A stretch of 64,000 nt of DNA from Bacilli bacterium (GTDB taxonomy: Bacteria > Bacillota_I > Bacilli_A > RF39 > UBA660). The DNA is taken from positions 4,086 to 68,085 of the forward strand of contig JAGAIS010000005.1 of NCBI GenBank assembly GCA_017626405.1, in the 5' to 3' direction. Position 1 is the stretch's first letter. The number at the start of each line of letters is the position of its first letter. The translations under genes were made by a program, and so were the position numbers. The notes below the pieces were generated by a model, which was given only the letters and a program-made list of their open reading frames with translations, did no database searches and had not been told where the DNA came from. This document shows positions 37,625 to 48,090 of this stretch, piece by piece.

Positions 37625-38185
37625 ATGAATAGTGGTAAAGGAAATATGATTCTATTAACAGTAATAGCTGTAGCAACATTATTGGTTGCAGTTGTAGGAG
37701 CTACTTTTGCTTACTTTAGTGCAACTATGGGAAGTGTTTCGCCTAAGACAATTGAAGTAACTAGTGGAACTTTATCAACACAATTTAATGGTACATCAAG
37801 TGTATTAAATAATGGAGCTAATATTGGTGATGTTATTTATACTACTAATATTACAGTTACAGGAGTAGTTACTGGTTCAACTAATTTAAATTATGAAGGT
37901 GTATTAAATGTTAGAAATAATACTTATACTGATGGTGCTTTAGTTTATACAATAACAAGTAAAAATACTTCTAATAATGGATCAACAATTCAAACAACTT
38001 CAGTTCCAGTTGCAATTCCGACGGGAGCATCGACAATATCTTTGGGAAGTGGTCTATTTGCTGGACCTACAACAACAGGTTCAGTACATGAATATACATT
38101 AACAATCACATATGCAAATGATGCTCAAAATAATTATGGAAAAACTTTTGATGCAAGCGTTAATGTCGCTCAATCAATAAAATAA
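37625..38185 (+). CDS. SipW-dependent secreted TasA/CalY-like protein
   Basis: Signal peptide ending VGATFAYFS; Thr/Gly/Asn-rich beta-type mature domain; adjacent to sipW. Confidence 0.75.
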   Translation: MNSGKGNMILLTVIAVATLLVAVVGATFAYFSATMGSVSPKTIEVTSGTLSTQFNGTSSVLNNGANIGDVIYTTNITVTGVVTGSTNLNYEGVLNVRNNTYTDGALVYTITSKNTSNNGSTIQTTSVPVAIPTGASTISLGSGLFAGPTTTGSVHEYTLTITYANDAQNNYGKTFDASVNVAQSIK

Positions 38186-38267
38186 GGCGTAAAAGCCTTT
38201 TTTTAATTTACATCTTTATTGAATTATATTTGAGTATTAATTATAATAAAATAAGGAGAGTATCAAG

Positions 38268-38948
38268 ATGAGTAAAAAAGGGATTAAGGGAATTCTAGAT
38301 TTTATCATAAAATTACTATCATATATTTGTTTAGTAGTTTTATTTTTGATTGCTGTTTTTTTGATATTCTATATAGTTACTAATCAAGTAGCTAAAAATA
38401 AGGGAGAGAATCCATTAATTAGTGTTTATACAATTGTTTCTGAAAGTATGGTTCCTACTATAGATGTATATGATATTATAATTGATACGAGAGTTAATGA
38501 TCCATCTTCTCTTAAGGAAGGAGATATTATAACTTTTCGTTCTAACTTTATCGATACTGATGGATATACCATAACACATCGAATAATTAGTATAGATAAT
38601 ACTAGTGGAGAGACTAGGTATTACACTAAGGGAGATCACAATAGTAGACAGGATGAGGGGTACATTACATTTGATAATATTGTTGGAAAAGTAGTTTATA
38701 TTGCTCCTAAGATAGGTAAGATTCAAGCATTCGTATCGAGTAAATTTGGCTGGTTGCTAATCATATTTATTCCTGCTGTCGGCATTATTATAATGGATGT
38801 ATTTAGATTAATAAAAGTATATCGAATAAAGAATCAAATAGAGAGTATTCCTAGATTAAAAGAAGTTGATAAGGTTCGTGAAATAGAAAAAAATAAAAAG
38901 GAAATTGAAAAACTAGAAAGTGAATTAAAGAAAAATGGCGAAAGATAA
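38268..38948 (+). CDS. sipW: ER-type signal peptidase I (SipW)
   Basis: VSESMVPTI, GDIITF, ITHRI, TKGDHN (Ser/His/Asp type). Confidence 0.88.
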   Translation: MSKKGIKGILDFIIKLLSYICLVVLFLIAVFLIFYIVTNQVAKNKGENPLISVYTIVSESMVPTIDVYDIIIDTRVNDPSSLKEGDIITFRSNFIDTDGYTITHRIISIDNTSGETRYYTKGDHNSRQDEGYITFDNIVGKVVYIAPKIGKIQAFVSSKFGWLLIIFIPAVGIIIMDVFRLIKVYRIKNQIESIPRLKEVDKVREIEKNKKEIEKLESELKKNGER

Positions 38949-39681
38949 TAGTGTTCTACTAAGGGCAGAAAGTATCATTAACAAATATAAAAATGATGAT
39001 TCTATTTATTATCGCGAACTTGTAAAGACCTATAAGGAATACAAAAAAAGCACTAACAATGATTCAATTAGAAATGAATTATATGTAAGTCATATAAATG
39101 ATTTATGCAACTTGATTATTGAAGGAAAAAGATCTAATATAACCATAATCTTGATGATTTTGGTTTTAGTAATTGCTTTAGGTTTATCTGGTTATTCAAC
39201 ATATAAATTTATTGATATTTCCAATAACTTAAATAAGAATATTATTAAAGTTAATAAGGCGAATTCTCTAATTGTAAAATTTGAAAATTTAGATAACTTT
39301 AATGCCTTGGTATTAAGTGATGTATCTAATTATAAAAAATTAAAGCCACTTACTCTAAATCTCCTTAATCATTCAGTTGATGAAAAAGATATGCATTATG
39401 ACGTATATTTAGTTGAAGAAAATTCTTCAATTGATGACGGTATGATAATACCTAGAGATACATTTCTCTATCATGTTGAGTCAGATTCTATAGATAATGG
39501 AATAAAATATTTAGGTAATTGTATTGAAGATGGAAACAAAATAAGAATATTTTCTGGAACTATAAAAGCTAATGAAATGATTGATATTAAACTTCGAATG
39601 TGGTTAGATTCAAGTAGTAAAAATGATTATACTAATAAAAAGTATCGTTTTAAAATTTTTGTCGATGGATATACTCTTTAG
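38935..39681 (+). CDS. membrane-anchored beta-sandwich protein, coupled to sipW
   Basis: Overlaps the sipW stop; one TM at ~aa 70-90; C-terminal IKLRMWLD...YRFKIFVDG. Confidence 0.65.
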   Translation: MAKDNSVLLRAESIINKYKNDDSIYYRELVKTYKEYKKSTNNDSIRNELYVSHINDLCNLIIEGKRSNITIILMILVLVIALGLSGYSTYKFIDISNNLNKNIIKVNKANSLIVKFENLDNFNALVLSDVSNYKKLKPLTLNLLNHSVDEKDMHYDVYLVEENSSIDDGMIIPRDTFLYHVESDSIDNGIKYLGNCIEDGNKIRIFSGTIKANEMIDIKLRMWLDSSSKNDYTNKKYRFKIFVDGYTL

Positions 39682-39740
39682 AATAATTGACAATACTTTA
39701 TTATAATGATAGAATAAACCCTCGAAAAGAGGGTTTTTAT

Positions 39741-40238
39741 ATGGTCAAGAAGATACTTATAGGAATTGTTATAATAATATCTGTTTTAACAGTTTCTATG
39801 CCGTTATATAATTTAGCAAAAGGTAATAAAGTGGGGTTGCTTGCTAGTTATTATACTGAACAACCAATAGAACTTACAAAGGGAGAATTTTCAACACTTA
39901 GAATAATAGATAATTTTGAAGCATTTGAAAAAGTAACTCCAACTAAATTAGTCTATAAGAATAAAAATGGCTTTGATAAGAAATTTGATTTAATATTAAC
40001 AATTAATAAAGAAAGTAATATTGATTTTAACAATATTGTAGTTTGTCTTAATACCGAAATAAAATACTTAAGTGATGTAAGTATGGAATATGATGAAAAT
40101 TATTACTATTTCACAATAGCATCAAAAGAACTTAAGGCCTATTCGGAATCTGCAGATTATTTCCGTATGTGGTTGAAGAAAGATTCCGTAAATTTAGATA
40201 AGAATTCATCTATAAAGATTAATTTTATAATAAAATAA
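39741..40238 (+). CDS. secreted/anchored protein related to the upstream gene
   Basis: N-terminal hydrophobic helix; YFRMWLK motif shared with 38935. Confidence 0.6.
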   Translation: MVKKILIGIVIIISVLTVSMPLYNLAKGNKVGLLASYYTEQPIELTKGEFSTLRIIDNFEAFEKVTPTKLVYKNKNGFDKKFDLILTINKESNIDFNNIVVCLNTEIKYLSDVSMEYDENYYYFTIASKELKAYSESADYFRMWLKKDSVNLDKNSSIKINFIIK

Positions 40239-40325
40239 GCTTATGCTTATTTTTTGTTTGCAAATAGTTAATAATACTTGTATAATGTAAGTAGGGTTGA
40301 TACTTGTGATTCAGGGGGATTTTTT

Positions 40326-41027
40326 ATGTATGAAGAAGACAAAAAAAGAATGAATTGGGTCACAACTTTATTGAAATTTATCGTGCTATTGCTGATCATT
40401 TTACTATCTGTCAAACTTATAAATATAATATTTGATAAACAAAAAAATACGACGAGAGAAAGTAAGTACAATGAATTGCTGAAGTCGATGGACGATTATG
40501 CAAATGATTTATTTACAATAGATAATATTCCCGAAACTTCGGGTAAGACAAAAGTAATTTATTTGAAAGAATTAGTAGATAGTAAAAAAGTAAAAAAAGA
40601 AGATACGTGTGATCTTAATAGTTCGTATATTAAAGTTGTAAGATTAGATACTGAATATGAAATTAAAACTTATCTTGTATGTGATAATTATGAAAACAGT
40701 ATAAATTCATATAAGAAATTAAAAAGTGATATAACAATTAAACCTCATACGACAACAACTGTGACACATAAGACGACTACGAAAAAAAGAGTAATTAAGA
40801 CTACTAAGAAGACAAGCATTAAACAGTATACACTATCATTTAATACCAATGGTGGTGAACTGATAAAAGATATAATTATTAATGAAAATGGAGTACTAAA
40901 GAATGAACCTATTCCAGTAAGAAAAGGATACAAATTCATTGGTTGGTACTATCACGGAAGGCAATTCAATTTTAGCACGAGGATAAATCAAGATTATGTA
41001 TTTACTGCAAGATGGGTTTTAGAATAA
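40326..41027 (+). CDS. pilin-like surface protein with Thr-rich linker and InlB B-repeat
   Basis: TM; YLKELVD...C...YLVCD; YTLSFNTNGG...PVRKGYKFIGWY...ARW. Confidence 0.7.
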   Translation: MYEEDKKRMNWVTTLLKFIVLLLIILLSVKLINIIFDKQKNTTRESKYNELLKSMDDYANDLFTIDNIPETSGKTKVIYLKELVDSKKVKKEDTCDLNSSYIKVVRLDTEYEIKTYLVCDNYENSINSYKKLKSDITIKPHTTTTVTHKTTTKKRVIKTTKKTSIKQYTLSFNTNGGELIKDIIINENGVLKNEPIPVRKGYKFIGWYYHGRQFNFSTRINQDYVFTARWVLE

Positions 41028-41080
41028 GCGTTGAGCTTATTCTTTTATTATGCAATAAAAAAACTTCACTAAGTGAAGTC

Positions 41081-42184
41081 TTATTTAAATATGTATGGAT
41101 CTTGTTCAGTTCCAGTACCACTTACATAAATAGTTTTATCAGTTAAGTTGAATACTGCATTAACATAATACTTAGTTTTACATCCGATTGAATTTGGCTT
41201 ACGGTAAATTGAATAAGCATGATCACTAGTTTCAGCTTCTCCAGTAATTGTCCAAATTGTCTTACTAATTGTTCCTAACCAGTTGTAGTTTCTACAATTC
41301 TTATCTAAAGTATCAGAACAAGAACTATCAAGTGATGCTTGTAAGTATTCATATACTGCTAAAGTACCTAATACTTGATTTTCAAGTTTTACTGAACATT
41401 CAGTAGAACCATCTTTTGTTGTATCTGTTTTAGAACGTTTTCCAATACATAGCGTTTGAGTTTGAACATATCCTTTTAATTCATCAGTCCAAACATTAGC
41501 ATATTTAGAATCAGTATAGTAATTGTCTAATGCTTCTTTTAATCTTGAACTAACCTGATTGTTTAAAATATATTCATTTATACCATTAGTAAATTTTGCT
41601 GTTTCGTTGTATCTGTCATCCCAAGTTATTGAAGGTATACCTTCAGCTTCGATTACACGAATTGAATTGTCGTCGTTAATACGAATTATGCGATACAATT
41701 TATCTTTATATTTGATGTAGTTGTTTAAAACTTCGCCTTTCATAATATATTTATCGCCATCTTCATAAAGTCCAACACCAGATTCAACTAGAGCATCTTC
41801 AATTATTTTTTCATATAGATACTTAGTTCGATAATCTTTTCCACAAGTTAGATATGGACTGTAGCTATAATAACCATTATTATTTGAAACAGTTACGCTT
41901 CCATCACATTTTATATCTTCATTATCGAATAATTCTTCTAGTTCATCAATTTTACCATCGCTGATCATCTTCTTTAAGGTATATACTTTTTGATCTTTGT
42001 CTTGTGTAGGTAATTCCTTCTCATTATGTTCATAATAGTCTTTTGCTACTTTCAACATTTTTTCTTCAAGTTTTTCGTATGTATAGTGTCCACCAGAACA
42101 ACTTGATATCAAGAATATTATAATTATGAATATTACGAAACCTGCTATTATACCTCCAAGAATTTTCATCATTTTTTCATTCAT
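41081..42184 (-). CDS. pilin-like surface protein with Cys-containing C-terminal domain
   Basis: TM; AKDYY...LKKMISDGKI...YLTCG; NNYIK...LYRIIRINDD; ends SGTGTEQDPY. Confidence 0.65.
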   Translation of the reverse strand: MNEKMMKILGGIIAGFVIFIIIIFLISSCSGGHYTYEKLEEKMLKVAKDYYEHNEKELPTQDKDQKVYTLKKMISDGKIDELEELFDNEDIKCDGSVTVSNNNGYYSYSPYLTCGKDYRTKYLYEKIIEDALVESGVGLYEDGDKYIMKGEVLNNYIKYKDKLYRIIRINDDNSIRVIEAEGIPSITWDDRYNETAKFTNGINEYILNNQVSSRLKEALDNYYTDSKYANVWTDELKGYVQTQTLCIGKRSKTDTTKDGSTECSVKLENQVLGTLAVYEYLQASLDSSCSDTLDKNCRNYNWLGTISKTIWTITGEAETSDHAYSIYRKPNSIGCKTKYYVNAVFNLTDKTIYVSGTGTEQDPYIFK

Positions 42185-42275
42185 GAAATCACTCCATTCA
42201 TCATATAAATTATAGCAAAGAAACTGGCCTCTTTCAATATTTATTTAGATGTGGTATTATTAAAGAGGTGGTAAA

Positions 42276-43352
42276 ATGAAAAAGAGAAAGAAAAAAACAA
42301 ATAATAACAAAAAAATAATAATATTTTTAGGAATCGTATTAGTAATTGCGGCAATTATTGGAACTCTTATCTTTTTTGGAAATAAATCTTTAGATAAGAA
42401 TGATAATGATGGTAAAGCTAATGAACCTGATATTGAACTAAATGTCGATCAACCCAAGACACTTAAGATTGTCGATGTCGATTCAAAATCGAGACCATAT
42501 GCGGTAATGATCAATAATATTTCGACAGCGAGACCATATCATTCAGGATTACAAGAAGCTATGATTGTATATGAAATGATTGTTGAAGGTGGAATTACAA
42601 GAATGATGGCAGTATATAAAGATGCCAATGTCGATAGAATCGGAAGTGTTAGAAGTTCACGTCATTACTTCCTAGATTATGCATTGGAAAATGATGCTAT
42701 CTATGTTCATATTGGTTGGAGCCCACAAGCAAAATCTGATATGAGTGCTTTAGGTGTCAATAATATAAATGGTTTATATGATTCAGCATTCTATCGTGAT
42801 AAATCTTTAAAAATTAGTAAAGAACACACATCATTTACTGATACGGGAAGAATTAATAAGTTAATTTCTAAAAAAGGATATAGAACGACAACTAACCGTG
42901 ATTTATTATTAAATTATAGTGCTGAAGATTTAGACTTATCAACAATGCAAGGAACAATCGCAGCAAATAATATATCTATAAAATACTCGGGATCTGCAAA
43001 GACTGAATACAAATATGATCCGGTTAGCAAGTCATATTTGAGAAGTGTCAATGGTGTTGCTCATAAAGATTATGTTACTGGAAAACAATATACAGCTAAG
43101 AATATCATTACATATCAAGTAGGAAATACTAAGATATCTTCCGATAAGAAAAATCGCCAAGATTTGGATAATTTAGGAAAGGGAACAGGATATTTCATTA
43201 GTAATGGATATGCAGTTCCAATTACATGGGAAAAAACTTCTAGAGATTCACAAACAGTATATAGATATAATAATGGTGAAGAAATAAAAGTAAATGATGG
43301 AAATACATTTATTCAAATTCAACCAAAATCACAAGAACTGATAATAAATTAA
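42276..43352 (+). CDS. DUF3048 (YerB-like) protein
   Basis: RPYAVMINN...ARP.HSGL..A.IVYE..VEGGITR, GSVRSSR, GNTFIQI. Confidence 0.9.
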   Translation: MKKRKKKTNNNKKIIIFLGIVLVIAAIIGTLIFFGNKSLDKNDNDGKANEPDIELNVDQPKTLKIVDVDSKSRPYAVMINNISTARPYHSGLQEAMIVYEMIVEGGITRMMAVYKDANVDRIGSVRSSRHYFLDYALENDAIYVHIGWSPQAKSDMSALGVNNINGLYDSAFYRDKSLKISKEHTSFTDTGRINKLISKKGYRTTTNRDLLLNYSAEDLDLSTMQGTIAANNISIKYSGSAKTEYKYDPVSKSYLRSVNGVAHKDYVTGKQYTAKNIITYQVGNTKISSDKKNRQDLDNLGKGTGYFISNGYAVPITWEKTSRDSQTVYRYNNGEEIKVNDGNTFIQIQPKSQELIIN

Positions 43353-43404
43353 TTGAAATAATATATGATTAATGTTAAAATATATATAGAATTGGGGATG
43401 GCTT

Positions 43405-43653
43405 ATGTTAGATTTTATATTAGCTAATTACATTATATTTATAGTCATTGGAATAGTATTATTACTAGGTTTATTCGGATATATGATGGATAAGAAAAAG
43501 TATAACGACTATCGCGAAGAAATATTGAATGAAGATAAAGCAATAGAAACTTTAGAATCAAATCCAAATATTCAAGAGGTAGTTACGCCAATTACTGTAC
43601 AAGATACACAAGTACCTGAAACTTCAAATGATCCATTAACTGGTCAAAATTAA
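43405..43653 (+). CDS. small membrane protein
   Basis: Single N-terminal TM (NYIIFIVIG...GLFGY). Confidence 0.65.
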   Translation: MLDFILANYIIFIVIGIVLLLGLFGYMMDKKKYNDYREEILNEDKAIETLESNPNIQEVVTPITVQDTQVPETSNDPLTGQN

Positions 43654-43715
43654 TGCATCTAATGCATTTTTTTTGACAAGATTATTTTTTAAATAGATAG
43701 TATGGGAGTGATAAA

Positions 43716-44543
43716 ATGAATTTAGATCTAAATTTATCATTAATATGGAGTATAGCGACAAATCTATTAGATATATGTTTAGTATGGGCAATTATATACT
43801 TCTTATTTAAGAATCTTAAAAACAATGTTAAGATGGTTCTTATTTTTAAAGGAGTAATATGGCTATTGATTATTAAACTTTTAAGTAATGTTCTAAAACT
43901 ATATACGGTAGGAGTATTGCTTGAATATGTAGTATCATGGGGACCTATCGCATTAATCATTATCTTTCAACCAGAAATTCGTAATGTTCTTGAACAAATT
44001 GGTAGAACACAACTTCTTGGACGTCATAAGGTATTAACTGTTGATGAAAGAGAAAAGGTTGTATTTGAAATAGTTACAGCAATTGAACATTTGAAACGTC
44101 AAAGAATTGGTGCTCTAATTGTAATTGAAAGAAATATGAGTTTACAAGAGTATATTAATCCAACTACTAAATTATATGCTGATATCTCAAGTCAATTACT
44201 TGAAGCTATATTCTTGCCACCAAATCCACTTCATGATGGCGGTGTAATTATTCAAGGAGATAAGATTACTTGTGCTGGAGCAGTGTTTAAGACAAGTATG
44301 AATCCAAATGTTAATAAAAAGTTAGGTACGAGACATAGAGCAGCTTTAGGAGTAGCTGAAGAAACTGATGCTATTGCATTGGTTGTATCAGAAGAGACAG
44401 GAAGAATTTCTATAGCATGTGATAATTACTTGCATTATAATTTAACAATAGAAGAATTTAGAACTATGCTATTAGATGAATTAAAACCAAAAGCTGATGT
44501 GTTCTATGATGCAGATGAAAGTGAAGGTGAAGAAGATGAGTAA
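43716..44543 (+). CDS. cdaA: diadenylate cyclase CdaA/DacA
   Basis: Three TMs, FQPEIR, PLHDGG, LGTRHRAA, VSEETG. Confidence 0.95.
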   Translation: MNLDLNLSLIWSIATNLLDICLVWAIIYFLFKNLKNNVKMVLIFKGVIWLLIIKLLSNVLKLYTVGVLLEYVVSWGPIALIIIFQPEIRNVLEQIGRTQLLGRHKVLTVDEREKVVFEIVTAIEHLKRQRIGALIVIERNMSLQEYINPTTKLYADISSQLLEAIFLPPNPLHDGGVIIQGDKITCAGAVFKTSMNPNVNKKLGTRHRAALGVAEETDAIALVVSEETGRISIACDNYLHYNLTIEEFRTMLLDELKPKADVFYDADESEGEEDE

Positions 44544-45891
44544 GATTTTTAAACCTTTCATAATGTTTTTTAAATTTATATATCGTATAATCGATAAAAT
44601 AATTATTACACCAATTAGTAGAGTTGCCTATGCTGCAGGAGAGTTTTCTCGCGAAAATTCAAATAAATTAGAAAAGATATTGAATAGACCAAATATTCTT
44701 ATCTATTTGTCTTTGCTATGTGCTTTAGGACTTTTCCTACTAATTGATTCGAAGGTAATTGATTTAACAGATCACAATGCACAAATACTAGAAGATCAAC
44801 CTGTAACTGTTATAAATCATAAGAAATCTTATGTAGTTGAGGGAGTTCCCGAAACTGTTGATATAACACTTATTGGAAGTAAGTCGAGTATTTATTTAGC
44901 AACACAGCTTGGTAATCATGAAGTTGAATTAGACTTATCTAAATACGGAGTTGGTACTTATAAAGTTCCACTTAAGTTGAGTTCATCATCAATCGATTCA
45001 GTAGAGTATAAAATTGATCCATCTACAGTTACAGTTAAAATAAGTGAAAAAGTTAGTTCACGTAAGAAGTTAACGTATGATTTATTAAATGAAGACAAAC
45101 TAGAATCTAAATTAAGTGTTTCAAATGTAGAATTAAGCGATAATACAGTTATTGTTCAATCTTCGAAAGAGATTCTTGATAGAGTAGCTGTTGTTAAAGC
45201 ACTTATTGATGCTTCCCTAATTGACTTGAAAGAGTCGGGCGAGACGACGATTGAGAATGTTGAATTAGCTGCTTATGATGCTTTAGGTAACAAGATTAAT
45301 AATATCGAAATTGTGCCTTCTAAGGTATCGGCAACAATCACGATTGATTCATATCATGCAACTAAACCAGTACGCGTAGTTACTACAGGAGAAATGCCTG
45401 ATGGATATGCTATCAGCGGAACGACATCTTCGGTAAAAGAAGTAGTTGTATATGGAGAAAAATCAGTAGTAGATAAACTTAACTATATTGAGGCACCTAT
45501 TAAAGTATCGAAAATTGATGATGATAGAACATTGTCGGTTACACTAAATACTCCTAGTGGTGTGAGATATATGAGTGAAACAACTACTAATGTATCAGTA
45601 ACTGTTGGAACAGCATCGCAAAAATTGATTTCAGGAATTCGAGTAGAATGGGAAAATGTAGGCGTAGACTTTGTTGCTCAGGCGGCTACGCAAAATGATA
45701 ATGTAATTGATGTGTATATTACTGGCGTTGAATCAATCCTTAATGGAATTGATGCATCTAATATAACTGCGACAGTTGACTGCTCAGGTAAGGGAAGAGG
45801 AACTCATAATCTACCAGTAAAAGTTACGGTAAATAATGAATTAGTAAAATCTGAACCAACGAAAAAAGAAATTAGTGTAAAGATTTATTAA
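44536..45891 (+). CDS. cdaR: CdaR/YbbR regulator
   Basis: TM followed by repeated YbbR-type beta domains; overlaps the cdaA stop. Confidence 0.88.
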   Translation: MSKIFKPFIMFFKFIYRIIDKIIITPISRVAYAAGEFSRENSNKLEKILNRPNILIYLSLLCALGLFLLIDSKVIDLTDHNAQILEDQPVTVINHKKSYVVEGVPETVDITLIGSKSSIYLATQLGNHEVELDLSKYGVGTYKVPLKLSSSSIDSVEYKIDPSTVTVKISEKVSSRKKLTYDLLNEDKLESKLSVSNVELSDNTVIVQSSKEILDRVAVVKALIDASLIDLKESGETTIENVELAAYDALGNKINNIEIVPSKVSATITIDSYHATKPVRVVTTGEMPDGYAISGTTSSVKEVVVYGEKSVVDKLNYIEAPIKVSKIDDDRTLSVTLNTPSGVRYMSETTTNVSVTVGTASQKLISGIRVEWENVGVDFVAQAATQNDNVIDVYITGVESILNGIDASNITATVDCSGKGRGTHNLPVKVTVNNELVKSEPTKKEISVKIY

Positions 45892-45961
45892 AAGTAGTTA
45901 GAAATAACTACTTTTTTTTATCTTTGTGTTATTATATTATATATAATAGGATGTGTATATT

Positions 45962-46498
45962 ATGAAGAAAAATGGTTTTACATTAGTGGAATTATTATCA
46001 GTTTTAATTATCCTTGGAATACTAGTAGTTTTAACAATACCGGCTTTTGCCAATATCTATACGGGAGTTAGAAGAGAAAATCTAAATGGTAAAATAACGG
46101 AGATTAAAGCAGCAGCATTAAAGTATGGAAGTAAGATAAAAGATGAAATTAAAGATGCTAGTGGAAGTTGTATTGAGACTAATGTTGCCGAATTAATTGA
46201 AAAGGGATATTTAATATCTGAAAGTGAATCGGAGAATGTCATATATAACACAGTAGATAATACAACCTTAGATGAACAAATAATGATATGTTATAATATC
46301 CCAAAATTCGATATTGAGGCTTACTATGTATATAACTTTAATAGTAATAAATATTATTATAAAAATGATATGGTTAAGTATCACAATCCTAGCAATAATA
46401 AAGATGAAATATATAAATGTGTTATAGATTATCCTGCTAAAGGGGGGATTTATGCCACAAATGAAAAGAGTAAAAAATATTTTATTAAGGAAAAATAG
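45962..46498 (+). CDS. type IV prepilin-like protein
   Basis: MKKNG|FTLVELL class III signal; VAELIEKGYL motif. Confidence 0.88.
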   Translation: MKKNGFTLVELLSVLIILGILVVLTIPAFANIYTGVRRENLNGKITEIKAAALKYGSKIKDEIKDASGSCIETNVAELIEKGYLISESESENVIYNTVDNTTLDEQIMICYNIPKFDIEAYYVYNFNSNKYYYKNDMVKYHNPSNNKDEIYKCVIDYPAKGGIYATNEKSKKYFIKEK

Positions 46499-46559
46499 AG
46501 ACGAGGTATATACTCGTTTTTTATGAATTTTTATGTTAGAATAATAATAGGTGATGAGC

Positions 46560-48074
46560 ATGAAAAAAGTCATTATGGTTATATTAGATGGATTTGGTAT
46601 TAATGAATCAGTTTATGGCAATGCTATAAAGCAGGCCAATATGCCTAATTATAATGAATTATTTAATGAGTATCCTCATTCGATATTACAAGCTTCGGGA
46701 GAATATGTTGGCTTGCCTGATGATCAATTTGGCAATAGTGAAGTAGGGCATTTGACAATTGGCGCTGGAAGAAGACTAAAACAGGATATTACTCTTTGCA
46801 ACGAAGTGTTGGGAAGTACTCTAATTGAAAAAAATGAAGAGATGTTAAAATTAGTTGAACGAGTAAATAATCATAATGGAGTATTACATTTAATGGGTTT
46901 AGTGAGTGACGGAGGGGTACACTCGGATATTACATATATGAAAAACTTAATTGGACATTTAAAAACAATGGGTATAAAGAAAGTTAAATTTCATGTTATA
47001 ACAGATGGAAGAGATACGGGTGTTAAAACTTCTATTTCATATATCGAAGATCTTGATAAAGCATTACAAGAAAATGGTATTGGAAATATTGCGACGATAT
47101 GTGGACGTTATTATGCAATGGATCGAGATAACAAATGGGAGAGAACAAAACTTTATTCCGATATGCTACTAATGGGTAAGGGTGCCCAAATTAAGAATTA
47201 TAAGACAGCAATTGAAGCATGTTATAAGAGGGATGTTACTGATGAATTCTTACCACCGATTATAATTGATACAGATGGAATGCTTAAAGACGGAGATTCC
47301 GTTCTTTGGCTCAACTATCGTGGAGATCGTGCAAGACAGATATTAACAGTATTAAAGGATCCGGATTTTTCCGAATATCCAGTAAAAAAATTGGAAGATT
47401 TTGAAGTAGTAACATTAGTTTCAGTTCCTAATACAGTTGAATTGCCACATTTAATGGAAAATAATTCGGAAGTCTATTCAATGGGATGTTATTTGTCTGA
47501 CTTAGGACTTCATCAAGCAAGAATTGCCGAGACGGAGAAGTTTGCTCATGTTACATTCTTCTTCAATGGTGGAGACAAGACTAAACTTAAAGGATGTGAT
47601 AACTTTCTTATTCCTTCCCCTAAAGTTGCAACTTATGATTTAACGCCGGCTATGAGTGTGCGCGAAGTAACAAAACAAACTATTAAATGTATTGAAAAGG
47701 ATTATGATTTTATATTAGTAAATTTTGCCAATCCAGATATGCTTGGACATACGGGAAATATCGAAGCTACAAAAGAGGGCCTTGAAATCGTTGATGAATG
47801 TCTAGGAGATATTATCACAGCTGTCGATGATAACTTCTATAAATTAATTGTAACGGCAGACCATGGAAACTGCGATGAAATGCTCGGAAGTAACGGAGAA
47901 GTAATAACTACTCACTCAACAAATCCTGTTCCATTTATAATAAGAGATACTCATGTTAATTTAAAACATAAAGGAGACTTAACTCAAATTGCTCCAACAA
48001 TCTTAAAATATATGGATATAGCAATTCCTAAAGATATGCAAGAGTCACCGACATTGTTTGTTGAGGAAGACTAA
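46560..48074 (+). CDS. gpmI: 2,3-bisphosphoglycerate-independent phosphoglycerate mutase
   Basis: ILDGFG, GNSEVGH, DGGVHS, GRYYAMDRD, AETEK.AHVTFF, NPDMLGHTG, TADHGN. Confidence 0.96.
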   Translation: MKKVIMVILDGFGINESVYGNAIKQANMPNYNELFNEYPHSILQASGEYVGLPDDQFGNSEVGHLTIGAGRRLKQDITLCNEVLGSTLIEKNEEMLKLVERVNNHNGVLHLMGLVSDGGVHSDITYMKNLIGHLKTMGIKKVKFHVITDGRDTGVKTSISYIEDLDKALQENGIGNIATICGRYYAMDRDNKWERTKLYSDMLLMGKGAQIKNYKTAIEACYKRDVTDEFLPPIIIDTDGMLKDGDSVLWLNYRGDRARQILTVLKDPDFSEYPVKKLEDFEVVTLVSVPNTVELPHLMENNSEVYSMGCYLSDLGLHQARIAETEKFAHVTFFFNGGDKTKLKGCDNFLIPSPKVATYDLTPAMSVREVTKQTIKCIEKDYDFILVNFANPDMLGHTGNIEATKEGLEIVDECLGDIITAVDDNFYKLIVTADHGNCDEMLGSNGEVITTHSTNPVPFIIRDTHVNLKHKGDLTQIAPTILKYMDIAIPKDMQESPTLFVEED

Positions 48075-48090
48075 AGAATAGAGGGATATT

